Assembly (NCBI GenBank): GCA_963678065.2
Contig: CAXXVZ010000003.1
Span: forward strand, 1 to 64,000
Direction of reading: 5' to 3'
DNA from: Treponemataceae bacterium
Lineage (GTDB): Bacteria; Spirochaetota; Spirochaetia; Treponematales; Rectinemataceae
DNA: 64,000 bases
Shown here: in pieces, positions 39,740 to 49,575 of the stretch
Numbering within the stretch: the stretch's first letter is position 1
Layout of the letters: every line of letters starts with the position of its first letter
Notes under the pieces: generated by a model
Database searches by the model: none
Told to the model about the DNA's origin: nothing
The model's input: the letters and a program-made list of their open reading frames with translations, nothing else
Position numbers and translations under genes: made by a program

Positions 39740-40861
39740 TTACTGGAAGAGCACGTAGCGGCCGTCCCTGACCATGAGGGGAACGCTCGGGTGGATCGGG
39801 TCCCTGTTCTCGTCGAAGGAGAAGGTGCCGAGGACTGTGTCGAGGTTGCGGAGCTTCGCGAGGGCGTCGCGGATGGCGGGGTGATCGGCCGAGCCCGCGT
39901 TCTTGATGGCCTGCGCGACGATGTAGACGCCGGCGTAGCCCTGGGCCGCGAACTGGTCGGGGTCGTGGCCGTACTTCTTGCGGAAGGCGTCGGCGAAGGC
40001 CTTGCTCTTGGCGACGGGGGAATCGATGAACCAGGAGGATCCGACGATGAGTCCCTCGGAGGCTTCCTTGGCGTTCTTGAGGATGTTGGGGCTGTTGAAG
40101 CCGTTTCCGCCGACGATGGGCTGGGTGATGCCGATCTCGCGGGCCTGCTGGAGGACGGGGATGGCCTCGCCGACGAGGGAGCAGAAGATGATGATGTCGG
40201 GCTTGCGGGCATTCAGCTTCGAGAGCTGGGTGCGGAAGTCGGAGTCGCCCTTGCTGTAGCTCTCGCTGGCCACGAGCTGGAGGTTGAGCTTCTGGACGGC
40301 GGCCTTGAAGACGTCGGCTTCGCTCTTGGAGTACTCGTTGGTGGACTCGAAGAGGATGGCGGCCTTCGTCGCCTTGTACTTGGCGGCGACCTGGGCAAGG
40401 GTTCCGGGAATTACGGAGGCCTGGGGAAGACTGTCCCTGAAGATGTAGTCGCCCATGGCGGTGATTCCGATGGCCGTCGTGCTCGTGCCGAGGACGGGGA
40501 CCCCGGCTTTCTGCGCGATGGGGTCGGCCGCGAAGGCCGTGGAGCTGAGGGTCGGCCCGATGATGGCGGCGACTTTTTCGTCGTTGATGAGCTTCGTGAA
40601 GACGCTGATGCCTTCCTGCTTGTCAGCCTTGTCGTCCATGACGACGAGTCCGATCTGCGAGGAGCCGAGGAATTTGGCCGCGTTCAGTTCGGCGACCGCG
40701 AGCTCGATACCCTTGCGGATCGAGACGCCGTAGGCGGCATTGTCGCCCGTGAGGGTTTCGACTGCGCCGAGCTTCACTACGGCGGGAAGGGGGGCCGCAG
40801 AAAGTCCCGCGAGCGCGGAGGCGAAAAGTGCAAGTGCGATTCCTTGGATGCTTCGTTTCAT
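39740..40861 (-). CDS. Branched-chain amino acid ABC substrate-binding protein (LivK/J-like)
   Basis: GAGGTG RBS, MKRSIQGIALALFAS signal, LTGDNAAYG, IIGP, DFRTQL, GTFSFDENRDP. Confidence 0.92.
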   Translation of the reverse strand: MKRSIQGIALALFASALAGLSAAPLPAVVKLGAVETLTGDNAAYGVSIRKGIELAVAELNAAKFLGSSQIGLVVMDDKADKQEGISVFTKLINDEKVAAIIGPTLSSTAFAADPIAQKAGVPVLGTSTTAIGITAMGDYIFRDSLPQASVIPGTLAQVAAKYKATKAAILFESTNEYSKSEADVFKAAVQKLNLQLVASESYSKGDSDFRTQLSKLNARKPDIIIFCSLVGEAIPVLQQAREIGITQPIVGGNGFNSPNILKNAKEASEGLIVGSSWFIDSPVAKSKAFADAFRKKYGHDPDQFAAQGYAGVYIVAQAIKNAGSADHPAIRDALAKLRNLDTVLGTFSFDENRDPIHPSVPLMVRDGRYVLFQ

Positions 40862-40964
40862 GGTCACCTCTCCAATCCAGTTGCGGACATCAATCTTTAA
40901 AAAAAGATTCTTCAAACAGTAACAAATTTTCTCCGGCTTTGGAAGACTCCCCAGCAGGTCGGCG

Positions 40965-40991
40965 AAAAAAAAGCGCCCCGGAGGGCGCTTT
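40965..40991 (-). terminator. Intrinsic terminator of ilvE
   Basis: Minus strand AAAGCGCCC-TCCG-GGGCGC followed by eight T. Confidence 0.85.
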
Positions 40992-41095
40992 CCGCGCAAT
41001 TAATCGCGCTGACAGTTTCGCGCAGGACAAAAATGACGAAATGGCGGTGTCGAGGCAAAATCGCCGGGGCGATGCGGCCGCGACACAGAAGGACT

Positions 41096-42118
41096 TCAGT
41101 CCGCGAAGACTATCCATCCCTCGGGGGCGGGACTGTCCCCGTACTGGATGCCGATGAGTGTGTCGTAAAGCTTCTTCGTGACGGGACCGACCTGGGTCTC
41201 GCTGTGGAAGACGTGGAGTTTTCCGCCGACCTCTATGCCGCCGATGGGGGTTATGACGGCCGCCGTGCCGCAGGCGCCCGCCTCGACGAACTCGTCGATT
41301 CTGTCGATGTAGACATCGCGCTCCTCGACCTTCATGCCGAGATACTCCTTCGCGACATGCATGAGCGAGTACTTGGTGATGGAGGGCAGGATGGAGGGCG
41401 ATACCGGTGTGACGAAGGTTCCGTCCGCCGTGATGCCGAAGAAGTTGGCCGCCCCGACCTCCTCGATCTTTGTGTGCGTCGCAGGGTCGAGGTAGATGCA
41501 GTCCGCGAAGCCGCGGTGTACCGCCTCCTCGTGGGGCAGGAGGCTGGCCGCGTAGTTGCCGCCGACCTTGACGCCGCCGGTGCCGCGGGGGGCGGCGCGG
41601 TCATAGCCGGATACGGAGAAGTTGACGGGTGTCATGCCGCCTTTGAAGTAGGGGCCGACGGGCGTGCAGAAGACGCCGAATATGTACTCGGGGGCCGCGC
41701 GGACGCCGATGTTGTCGCCGACGCCGATGACGAAGGGGCGCAGGTAGAGGGTGGCGCCGGAGCCGTAGGGGGGCACGAAGCGCTCGTTTGCCTTCACGAC
41801 CCGGACGCAGGCGTCGACGAATTTTTCCGTGGGGACGCGGGGTATGAGGAGGCGGTCGCAGGTATCCGACATGCGGGCGGCGTTGCGGTCGGGACGGAAG
41901 AGCTGGATGCGCCCGTCCTTTCGTGTGTATGCCTTGAGACCCTCGAAACACTGCTGTCCGTAGTGGAGGGCGGTGGAGCCTTCCGCGATGGTGAGAGTGT
42001 TGTCCGTCACGAGTTTCCCGTCATCCCAGGCGCCGTTCTTCCAGTGCGAGACGTACCGGTAGTCTGTCTTGATGTACGAGAACGAGAGCTTTCCCCAGTC
42101 GAGATCCGCTTTCTGCAT
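41096..42118 (-). CDS. ilvE: Branched-chain amino acid aminotransferase
   Basis: [61 protein letters not shown]. Confidence 0.96.
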   Translation of the reverse strand: MQKADLDWGKLSFSYIKTDYRYVSHWKNGAWDDGKLVTDNTLTIAEGSTALHYGQQCFEGLKAYTRKDGRIQLFRPDRNAARMSDTCDRLLIPRVPTEKFVDACVRVVKANERFVPPYGSGATLYLRPFVIGVGDNIGVRAAPEYIFGVFCTPVGPYFKGGMTPVNFSVSGYDRAAPRGTGGVKVGGNYAASLLPHEEAVHRGFADCIYLDPATHTKIEEVGAANFFGITADGTFVTPVSPSILPSITKYSLMHVAKEYLGMKVEERDVYIDRIDEFVEAGACGTAAVITPIGGIEVGGKLHVFHSETQVGPVTKKLYDTLIGIQYGDSPAPEGWIVFAD

Positions 42119-42219
42119 GAAATTCCTCCTCGCCGCCACATTATGCATGAGTATGCGTTTTGTGAGAAGGGTTCGACGCCCTTGTCTTCGGCTCATGTCT
42201 CCAGGGTAGCCGGCTGAGC

Positions 42220-42248
42220 TTGCCCAAATCCGGACGGAGTGGTATCAC
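42220..42248 (+). promoter_or_regulatory. Candidate sigma70 promoter of NSS transporter
   Basis: TTGCCC-17 nt-TATCAC with TG extension. Confidence 0.45.
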
Positions 42249-42287
42249 GGCTATAGATAGAGACACTTCCACTTCGGAGCGACAACA

Positions 42288-43697
42288 ATGAAAGGTACAG
42301 CCAGCTCTCCCTCATCCGCGAAGGCGGCGCGCGAGTCCCTGCGGGTCGGGGAGCGCGATGGATTCAAATCCGTGCTCGGCGCGTTCACGGCCACCCTGGG
42401 ATCGGCCATCGGGCTTGGCAACATCTGGAAATTTCCGTACCTGACCGGCACGAACGGAGGTGCGGCCTTCGTGTTCGCCTACCTCCTGTGCGTAGCCCTC
42501 GTCGGGCTGCCCATCCTCGTCGCCGAGCACGCGATCGGCCGGCGCATGCGCCTCAACGCGGTGCACGCCTACGGCAGCGTCGTAAAGAACCAGAAGGCCT
42601 GGGCCCTCATCGGCTTCGGCGGTGTGGCCGCGGCCTTCCTCATCATGGCCTTCTACACCGATATCGCGGGCTGGGTTTTCGCCTACGTGTTCAAGTCCGC
42701 GGGCGCCTTTCTGTCCGGGACCGGCCCGCTCACCAAAGAGACCTTCGGCGCGATCGCCGGAGGCACCGTCGAGCCCATCGTCTGGCAGGCCATCGTGATC
42801 GCCGTCGTCACGGCCATCGTCGCGGCGGGTGTCAGCGCCGGGATCGAGAAGATCACCAAGTTCCTCATGCCCGTCCTCCTCGGCCTCCTCATCCTCTGCG
42901 ATATCAGGGCGCTCACCCTGCCCGGCGCCTTCGGGGGAGTGCGCTTCCTCTTCACGCCCGATCTCGGCAAAGTGACCGGCGGCGTGGTCCTCGCGGCGCT
43001 CGGGCTCTCCTTCTTCAAACTTTCCCTCGGCATGGGAACCATGACGACATACGGATCATACCTTCCTGATGAGACGAGAATCGTGCCGAACGCCGCCAGG
43101 GTCGCCCTGGCGGACACTCTCGTCTCTCTCCTCGCCGGCCTCGCCATCTTCCCCGCTGTCTTCGCCTTCGGCTTCGAGCCCGCTGCGGGTCCGGGCCTCC
43201 TCTTCATATCGATCCCCATGATCTTCGCGAAGATGCCTCTTGGCGGGCTTTTCACGACAGTCTTTTTCATCCTCGCGGCCATCGCGACGATCGGCGCCAT
43301 GATTTCCCTCATCGAGGTGCCGACCGCCTGGCTGGCCGAGAAGGGCAGGATGTCGAGGAAGACGGCGGCTGTCGCGAGCGGTACGGTGATGTTCGCGCTC
43401 GGCCTCCTCGCTACACTCTCGCAGAACCCGATCCTCGCGGAAGTCAAAATATTCGGGAAGAACTTCTTCGACATCTTCGACTTCGCGTCGTCCAACCTGA
43501 TTCTGCCCGTCGGCGGCATCGCCATAGCGCTCGTCGCCGGCTGGATGCTGTCGAAGAAAGATTTCGTGGGAGAGCTGGACAAGGGATACGCTTCGACGCC
43601 TTGGTACACGAAGACAGTCTACGCCTTCATCAAGTTTGTCGCCCCCGTCATGACCATCCTCATCCTGCTGAACGGGCTGGGGGTCATAAAGCTCTGA
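42288..43697 (+). CDS. Sodium-dependent transporter, NSS/SNF family
   Basis: GSAIGLGNIWKFPY, NGGAAF, FFKLSLGMG, TYGSY, GPGLLF. Confidence 0.95.
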   Translation: MKGTASSPSSAKAARESLRVGERDGFKSVLGAFTATLGSAIGLGNIWKFPYLTGTNGGAAFVFAYLLCVALVGLPILVAEHAIGRRMRLNAVHAYGSVVKNQKAWALIGFGGVAAAFLIMAFYTDIAGWVFAYVFKSAGAFLSGTGPLTKETFGAIAGGTVEPIVWQAIVIAVVTAIVAAGVSAGIEKITKFLMPVLLGLLILCDIRALTLPGAFGGVRFLFTPDLGKVTGGVVLAALGLSFFKLSLGMGTMTTYGSYLPDETRIVPNAARVALADTLVSLLAGLAIFPAVFAFGFEPAAGPGLLFISIPMIFAKMPLGGLFTTVFFILAAIATIGAMISLIEVPTAWLAEKGRMSRKTAAVASGTVMFALGLLATLSQNPILAEVKIFGKNFFDIFDFASSNLILPVGGIAIALVAGWMLSKKDFVGELDKGYASTPWYTKTVYAFIKFVAPVMTILILLNGLGVIKL

Positions 43698-43764
43698 GTT
43701 CAGCCATGCCTGCCCGCTCCTGACGCGGAGCGACGCCAGCCGGCGACGATCCGCGCAGGCTCCG

Positions 43765-44784
43765 TCACCGGCCCGTCAGCCCCATTTTGCACAGATGATC
43801 GCAGAAGACGCAGGGGTCAGCCACCTTTCCGGGAAAGCGGAGCCCTTTTTGTTCGAGGAGCTTCCTCGTCGAGGCGAGACCCACCGAGTAGCAGGCCGCG
43901 ATGTGCGGGTTGACGGAGGCTGAGCGCATGAGGCTCTCGTAATCGTCGATCCCGAGCTGCCCGGCCACAAGTTCGGGGCTCTCGTTCGCGAAGCCGCAGC
44001 AGACGGCTATCCTGCCGTCGGGGTGGACGTAGAAGACATTGCCCGGACCCCGGCAGAAATCGTCTTCGAACCAACCCCCGTCGTCCCAGCGCGAGTCGCC
44101 CGCGGGCGGAGAATAGGGAATGCGCACGAAACAGACCGAGAGAGCCTCGCGGTCGTCGAATCCCGGATCGTCGTAGCCCTCGTCGTCGACATCTCCCGGG
44201 TCGGCGCCATCGCCGACGCCAAAACCATCAGGGTCGGCGATGAGGGCCGGCAATCCCTCCTCCATGACGAGTTCGCCGCCGAGATCCCGCGCGAGTTCGC
44301 GGAATTTTGCGAAGAGCGGCGCGTCGTCGGGCGAGTCCACCCACGTGATCTCTACGCAGTCCTTCCGGCCCCAGATGTCGAAGACTGCCTCGAAGAAGGC
44401 GACGAGGCGATCGGTTTCCTGGCCGTGGTATGAGTCGACGCTGACGCCGAAGGTGCCGTCGAATCCCGCCTCGAAGAGCCGGGAGAGGACTGCGCGCAGA
44501 TGGGCTTTGTCGCGGTACCAGACGGCGTTCGTCATGAGTCTGTCGAACACGAAATCGAGGCGCACGGCGACTTCCGAGACCGCGCAGAGGAAATCCGGCT
44601 CGAGGAAGGGTTCGCCGCCGGAGAATCCGATCCTGTCGATCCCATGAGGTCTGCACGACTCCATGAGGGCGATCGCGTCGGATATCCTGAGGGTTTCGCG
44701 CGGGCGCGAGACCCTGCAGTGCGCACATTTCAGGTTGCACTGGCCCGTGGGCGCGAAGATCAACTCTTCCGGTGTGAATGCCAT
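43765..44784 (-). CDS. Radical SAM protein with Cys-rich C-terminal (SPASM/twitch-like) domain
   Basis: CNLKCAHC, FSGGEPF, MTNA, SVDSYH, FCRGPG...HPDGRIAVCCG, CVFCDHLC. Confidence 0.88.
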   Translation of the reverse strand: MAFTPEELIFAPTGQCNLKCAHCRVSRPRETLRISDAIALMESCRPHGIDRIGFSGGEPFLEPDFLCAVSEVAVRLDFVFDRLMTNAVWYRDKAHLRAVLSRLFEAGFDGTFGVSVDSYHGQETDRLVAFFEAVFDIWGRKDCVEITWVDSPDDAPLFAKFRELARDLGGELVMEEGLPALIADPDGFGVGDGADPGDVDDEGYDDPGFDDREALSVCFVRIPYSPPAGDSRWDDGGWFEDDFCRGPGNVFYVHPDGRIAVCCGFANESPELVAGQLGIDDYESLMRSASVNPHIAACYSVGLASTRKLLEQKGLRFPGKVADPCVFCDHLCKMGLTGR

Positions 44785-44848
44785 GAGGTTCCTCTCATGC
44801 AAGTATCGCCTGCGGACGGAATGATGTCGAGTGTCGTCTGCCCGGGCC

Positions 44849-44877
44849 CTGACCGTGGGCCCCGGCCGTGATAGAAT
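44849..44877 (+). promoter_or_regulatory. Candidate promoter of two-component operon
   Basis: CTGACC-17 nt-TAGAAT with TG extension, 7 nt before the ATG. Confidence 0.55.
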
Positions 44878-44884
44878 TGTGCCC

Positions 44885-45571
44885 ATGCCGGACACAGCAT
44901 TCCGAATACTCGTCGTCGAAGACGACGAGCGCATACGCTCACTCCTCTCGGAGGCCCTCGCGCGCTGGGAGTTCGAGGTGGTGCATCCCGATGGCTTCGC
45001 GCGCGTGGCTGAGGAAACGCTCCGGCTCGAACCGCATCTCGCCATCCTCGACGTCAATCTGCCTGTCCTGGACGGCTTCGAGTGGTGCCGCAGAATCAGG
45101 GCCTTCTCACGAATCCCCGTCATCATGATTTCGGCGAGGGACTCGGGCCCTGACACTCTGATGGGACTGTCTTCCGGCGCGGACGACTATGTGGCCAAAC
45201 CTTTTTCGGTCGAGGTCCTCGTCGCGAAAGTTCGCGCACTCCTGCGGAGGTCCTACGACTACGCGGTCGAGGAGCCGACAAGGCTCCTGCGCGGGGACCT
45301 CATCCTGGACCTCGCGAGGGCCGTCGTCGCGCGGGGAGCCGCGAAGGCGGAGCTCAGCAAAAACGAACTCCTCATACTGTCCAGCCTCATGCGCGCGCAG
45401 GGGGGAGTCGTCTCCCGGGACGAACTCGCGACCGCCCTCTGGAGGGACGAGGTCTTCGTGGACGACAACACCCTCACCGTCAACATGAGCAGGCTCAGAC
45501 AGAAACTCGCCGAGCTCGGCGCGGTCGAGGCCGTGAAGACGATCAAGGGACGGGGATACATCCTCCCGTGA
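44885..45571 (+). CDS. OmpR-family response regulator (BceR/GraR-like)
   Basis: ILVVEDD, LDVNLPVLDGFEWC, GADDYVAKPF, FVDDNTLTVNMSRLR. Confidence 0.93.
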   Translation: MPDTAFRILVVEDDERIRSLLSEALARWEFEVVHPDGFARVAEETLRLEPHLAILDVNLPVLDGFEWCRRIRAFSRIPVIMISARDSGPDTLMGLSSGADDYVAKPFSVEVLVAKVRALLRRSYDYAVEEPTRLLRGDLILDLARAVVARGAAKAELSKNELLILSSLMRAQGGVVSRDELATALWRDEVFVDDNTLTVNMSRLRQKLAELGAVEAVKTIKGRGYILP

Positions 45572-46716
45572 GCTTCGCCGACTGGGTTTTCGACAGGAGA
45601 GCTCTCCTCGCGGGTACAGCCCTCGGAGTCTTCGCCGGGGCCGCTGTCCTCGCCCTGTCCCCCGAACCCGTTTCCGGGGCGGTCTTTCTGGGCGACCTCT
45701 CGTATGCCTGCGCCCTCGCGGCGGTGGGATTCGCATCCGGGCTCGCGGCTGACTTCCTCGTGCACAGGCGTCTTCTTTGCGCGGCGAGGGATATCTCTCC
45801 ACGGGGAGGCGAAAGTCTTTCGGAGCTTCTGTTCCGTCTTTCCTCCGCTCCGGCGCCGTCGGGGAGGCTAGGCGCAGCGGCCTCTCTCGCCCTGTCCTCG
45901 GCGCGGATCTGCGCTGCGGCGAGGGTGGAAGGCGCCGCGCGCGAAACCCAGGACCGCTCCCGGGAGGACGGTTTCGCCGCCCTCATCCACGAACTCAAGA
46001 CTCCGGTCACCGCGCTCCGTCTCTACGCAGAAAAACAGTCGCGCCTGTCCGAGCTCTCCCCGGGCGAGGCTGAACTCCTTGACCTCCTCGGCGGGGAGCT
46101 GGACCGCATCGACTCGATCCTCGAGCGGGGACTCTTCGCTTCCCGGGCCGAAAGCTTCGCCTCCGACTACCTCATCGAAGAGACCGATCTCCGGACCCTT
46201 GCGGCGAGGACGGCCTCACGTTTCGCCAAAGCCTTCGTGGCGGGTGGCATATCCTTCTCTCTCGGCACGGGAACGGCCAAGGTGCTGACCGACCCGAAGT
46301 GGCTTTCCTTCGTGATCTCGCAGGTCTTCTCCAATTCGCTCAAGTACGTCCCACGGGGGGGATCGGTATCCCTGCGGGTCATCCCCGCCCCCGGGCTGGA
46401 CCCGGAACCCCGTTCAGGGGCCTTGAACGGGGCGGGCGCGGCCCTCCGCGAGGACCGCCTCGTCATAGAAGACTCGGGGCCCGGCTTCGCGCCCGAGGAT
46501 CTTCCGCGCGTCTTCGACCGCGGATACAGCTCGGCCTCGGGCCGGGCCGAGCGGGCCGGAGCCGCCTGCGCCCAGACGGGCATGGGGCTCTACCTCGCCT
46601 CTCGTCTCTGCGCGAGGCTCGGCCACTCCATCGATGCCGGGAACGGGGAATCCGGTGGGGCCCGGATCGTTCTCGGCTTCCCCCGCTCAGATTCCTCATT
46701 TCTTTCAAAAACGTAA
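45568..46716 (+). CDS. Intramembrane-sensing histidine kinase (BceS-like)
   Basis: Two close N-terminal TM helices, IHELKTP, TDPKWLSFVISQVFSNSLKY, DSGPG, VFDRGYS, GMGLYL. Confidence 0.9.
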   Translation: MSFADWVFDRRALLAGTALGVFAGAAVLALSPEPVSGAVFLGDLSYACALAAVGFASGLAADFLVHRRLLCAARDISPRGGESLSELLFRLSSAPAPSGRLGAAASLALSSARICAAARVEGAARETQDRSREDGFAALIHELKTPVTALRLYAEKQSRLSELSPGEAELLDLLGGELDRIDSILERGLFASRAESFASDYLIEETDLRTLAARTASRFAKAFVAGGISFSLGTGTAKVLTDPKWLSFVISQVFSNSLKYVPRGGSVSLRVIPAPGLDPEPRSGALNGAGAALREDRLVIEDSGPGFAPEDLPRVFDRGYSSASGRAERAGAACAQTGMGLYLASRLCARLGHSIDAGNGESGGARIVLGFPRSDSSFLSKT

Positions 46717-46738
46717 GGCTCTGCGCCCGCCCGGCAAG
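46702..46738 (+). promoter_or_regulatory. Candidate BceR-type operator
   Basis: CTTTCA-AAAA-CGTAAG resembles TNACA-N4-TGTAA; second half-site GGCAAG 21 bp later. Confidence 0.5.
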
Positions 46739-46802
46739 GAATATCGATGGATGTCTTTCGCCCCGGAAGATAACTTTTCCCGGCATGCAAGGAGTTCTGA
46801 CA

Positions 46803-47558
46803 ATGGAAACAGTTCTGTCCGCGAAAGGAGTCACCAAGGTCTACGGTTCCCGCGGCGCCCTCTATCCCGCCCTCGGCGGAGTCGACCTCGACATCCGCCG
46901 GGGCGAGTTCATCGGCATCATGGGGCCCTCCGGTTCGGGAAAGACGACCCTCCTCAACCTCCTCGCGGCCATCGATACGCCCACATCGGGCACGATCAGC
47001 TTCGGCGGCGTCGATCTGTCGCAGATGGACCGTGCACAGATGGCGCGCTTCAGGCGCGACCGCCTCGGCTTCATATTCCAGGATTTCAACCTTCTCGACA
47101 CCCTCGGAGTCCTCGAAAATGTCGAGCTGCCTCTCGCTCTCGCCGGAAGACCGGCCGCGGAAGTGCGGTCGCGCGCCCTGGCCGCCATCTCGAAGCTCGG
47201 CATTGACGATATCGCTGCCAAACGGCCCTGGGAGATATCGGGAGGACAGAAGCAGCGGACGGCCGCGGCCCGCGCCATCGTGTCCGGACCCGAACTCGTG
47301 CTCGCGGACGAACCGACAGGCAATCTGGATTCCCGCTCTTCCCGCGAGCTTCTGCAGTCGCTCTCGGAGATCAACGAGAGGGACGGCGCCACAATCCTCG
47401 TAGTCACACACGATGCCTTCACCGCGAGCTGGTGCCGGAGGATCGTCCTCCTCAAGGACGGAAAAGTTTTCGGCGAGATCGTCCGCGGCGACGGCCGCGC
47501 GGAGTTTTTCGACCGCATCATCGATGCGCTGCGCGTGCTGGAAGGAGGGGACCGATGA
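46803..47558 (+). CDS. ABC ATP-binding protein (BceA-like)
   Basis: AAGGAG RBS, GPSGSGKTT, GFIFQDFNLLDTL, ISGGQKQR, ADEPTGNLDS, VTHD. Confidence 0.93.
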   Translation: METVLSAKGVTKVYGSRGALYPALGGVDLDIRRGEFIGIMGPSGSGKTTLLNLLAAIDTPTSGTISFGGVDLSQMDRAQMARFRRDRLGFIFQDFNLLDTLGVLENVELPLALAGRPAAEVRSRALAAISKLGIDDIAAKRPWEISGGQKQRTAAARAIVSGPELVLADEPTGNLDSRSSRELLQSLSEINERDGATILVVTHDAFTASWCRRIVLLKDGKVFGEIVRGDGRAEFFDRIIDALRVLEGGDR

Positions 47559-49510
47559 CTCTCGCCGCCACGGCCCTCAGAAATGTGACGCGTTCGGCTC
47601 GCACCTACCGTCTCTGGTTCCTGTCGGTGGCCTCATCCGCCTGCGTTTTCTACCTCTTCATGGTCGCGGCCTACGAGAAAAACATCGCCGCCCTCGTCGG
47701 CTCGAGAGCGAGCCTCAGGCTGGGGATGACGATCGCGGCCATAATCCTGGCCATTTTTACCGCCGTATTCATGGCCTATTCCGCCGGATTCTTTGTCCGC
47801 GGCCGCTACCGGGAGATAGGACTCTACCGTCTCTTCGGCGTCGGGCGCGGACGGATCGCCCTCATGCTCCTCGCCGAGAACGCTCTCGCGGGCGCTCTCG
47901 CCCTCGCGGCGGGAATAGCGGCGGGAGTCTTTCTCTCCAAGTTCTTTCTCATGGGATTCGCGCGCGTCCTCGACATCGAACTCAGGATCGGCCTCGTCGT
48001 CGATCCCCGGGCGGCCGCGGCGACGGTCGTGGTCTTCTCGATCCTCGTCATGGCGGCCTCGGCCATCTCGACGCTCGGCGTGTTCAAAAGCCGGCTCGCA
48101 GGACTGTTCCAGGCCGAACGCGCCTCCGAAAAGCCCTGGCGCCTCGACCCCACGCTTGGCGCAATCTCGATCCCCGTGCTGGCCGGATCCTACGCCCTCG
48201 CGCTCTCCACGACCCCCCGCACGCTCCTCGTCAACATGATCGTCGTCAGCGTCCTCGTGACCCTCGGCACCTGGGCCTTCGCGCGCGGCGCAGCGGGCCT
48301 TCTCGTGGGCGTCCTTCGCAAGAATGACAGGATCTTCCTGAACGGGAGCCGCATGATCGCGCTCTCCAACATCGCGCACCGGATCGGTTCGAACGCCCGA
48401 GTCTTCTTCATCATCGCGATGGTGAGCGCTGTCTCGATGATAGCCCTGGGCATCGGCCTCAATGTGAAATACTCCCTGGAATCCTCGATGGGCTCGTATT
48501 TTCCCAACCAACTCAGCCTCATCTCGGCAAATGAAGCTCCGAGGCTCGCGATCCGCGAGGAGCTCGCGAGGTCGGGAATCGCGGCCGAAGAAGTGCTGAA
48601 AGTGCCAGTCATGTCCGCGCGCCGCGTCGATCGCAGGATGGAAAACGGCTATTATCTGCCGGCGGGAATCATGGTCTACTCCGCCTCCGACTATGCGGCC
48701 CTCGCGAAAAGCCGCGACAGGGATTGGGAATCCGCTGCGGCCGCGCTCGGCAGTCTGGCTTCCGGCCAGGCCGCGATCATCGAGCCGCAGGACGAGTCGG
48801 CGGCGCGCTACCTGGGTATGGACATGGAGCTGGCCTTCGGCGGCTCTCAGACCGCGCAGACCATCTTCGACGTGAGCTCGAGGGTCCGCATGCCCGCAGC
48901 GAACGTGTACCGCAGCAAGGACGCTATCGCCATTCCGGACACCGAGTGGAAGCTGCTCGCGGAACGATTTCCCGGCGCCGTTTCCGTGCAGGCTGATTAC
49001 AGCCTTTCTGATCCCAAGGCCGCGCTTCCCATCCTCGAAAAAGCCAGGGCCGATACGGCGAACAAGGTCGACGTCGAGGCGCGGATCTTCCTCAGGGACC
49101 TCGCGAGGGGCTTCAACATCTACCTGTTCGCGGGAGGATTTCTCGGCCTTGTCTTCCTCTTCTGTGTCTGCTCGGTTCTTCACTTCAAACAACTCATGGA
49201 CGCGAGGGAGGACAGGGCGCGGTTCGACACACTGCGGAAGATCGGCATGGCGCGTCGGGACGAAATCAGGATAGCCATCTTCCAGGTTCTGCCCCTCTAC
49301 GGCATTCCCCTGGGCCTCGCCGTCTCGCACGGGGCCTTCGCCCTCGCCACCATGTCGAAGGTGCTGGGCGAGAACTTCACTCTGCCGATACTCGTGAACC
49401 TGGCCTGCTTTTCCCTCGTCTTCGTCTGCTTCGCCGCCCTGACCGCGCGCGCCTACCTCAGGACGGCGGGCGGGTCTGACTTCAGGTCGCAGGAATCGGG
49501 GTCGGGCTGA
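47555..49510 (+). CDS. FtsX-like ABC permease (BceB-like)
   Basis: 651 aa, RYREIGLY, ~7 TM + large external loop + 3 TM, LHFKQL, LRKIGM. Confidence 0.88.
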   Translation: MTLAATALRNVTRSARTYRLWFLSVASSACVFYLFMVAAYEKNIAALVGSRASLRLGMTIAAIILAIFTAVFMAYSAGFFVRGRYREIGLYRLFGVGRGRIALMLLAENALAGALALAAGIAAGVFLSKFFLMGFARVLDIELRIGLVVDPRAAAATVVVFSILVMAASAISTLGVFKSRLAGLFQAERASEKPWRLDPTLGAISIPVLAGSYALALSTTPRTLLVNMIVVSVLVTLGTWAFARGAAGLLVGVLRKNDRIFLNGSRMIALSNIAHRIGSNARVFFIIAMVSAVSMIALGIGLNVKYSLESSMGSYFPNQLSLISANEAPRLAIREELARSGIAAEEVLKVPVMSARRVDRRMENGYYLPAGIMVYSASDYAALAKSRDRDWESAAAALGSLASGQAAIIEPQDESAARYLGMDMELAFGGSQTAQTIFDVSSRVRMPAANVYRSKDAIAIPDTEWKLLAERFPGAVSVQADYSLSDPKAALPILEKARADTANKVDVEARIFLRDLARGFNIYLFAGGFLGLVFLFCVCSVLHFKQLMDAREDRARFDTLRKIGMARRDEIRIAIFQVLPLYGIPLGLAVSHGAFALATMSKVLGENFTLPILVNLACFSLVFVCFAALTARAYLRTAGGSDFRSQESGSG

Positions 49511-49575
49511 AGGGCGAAAGATCGCCGTGGTGCAGGGGAAGCCGGTTTCGGCTTTCTCAAGGCTCAAAGACTCCG

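Noticed and set aside
40960..41095. Possible Ile/Leu/Val leader-peptide attenuator before the Liv operon
   Set aside because: The FVIFVL-containing frame has no RBS and reads through the hairpin; the hairpin fits an ilvE terminator and a separate promoter-like sequence lies downstream
43698..49510. RiPP cluster (radical SAM + ABC + two-component system)
   Set aside because: No precursor peptide, RRE or peptidase seen; the transporter is of resistance type
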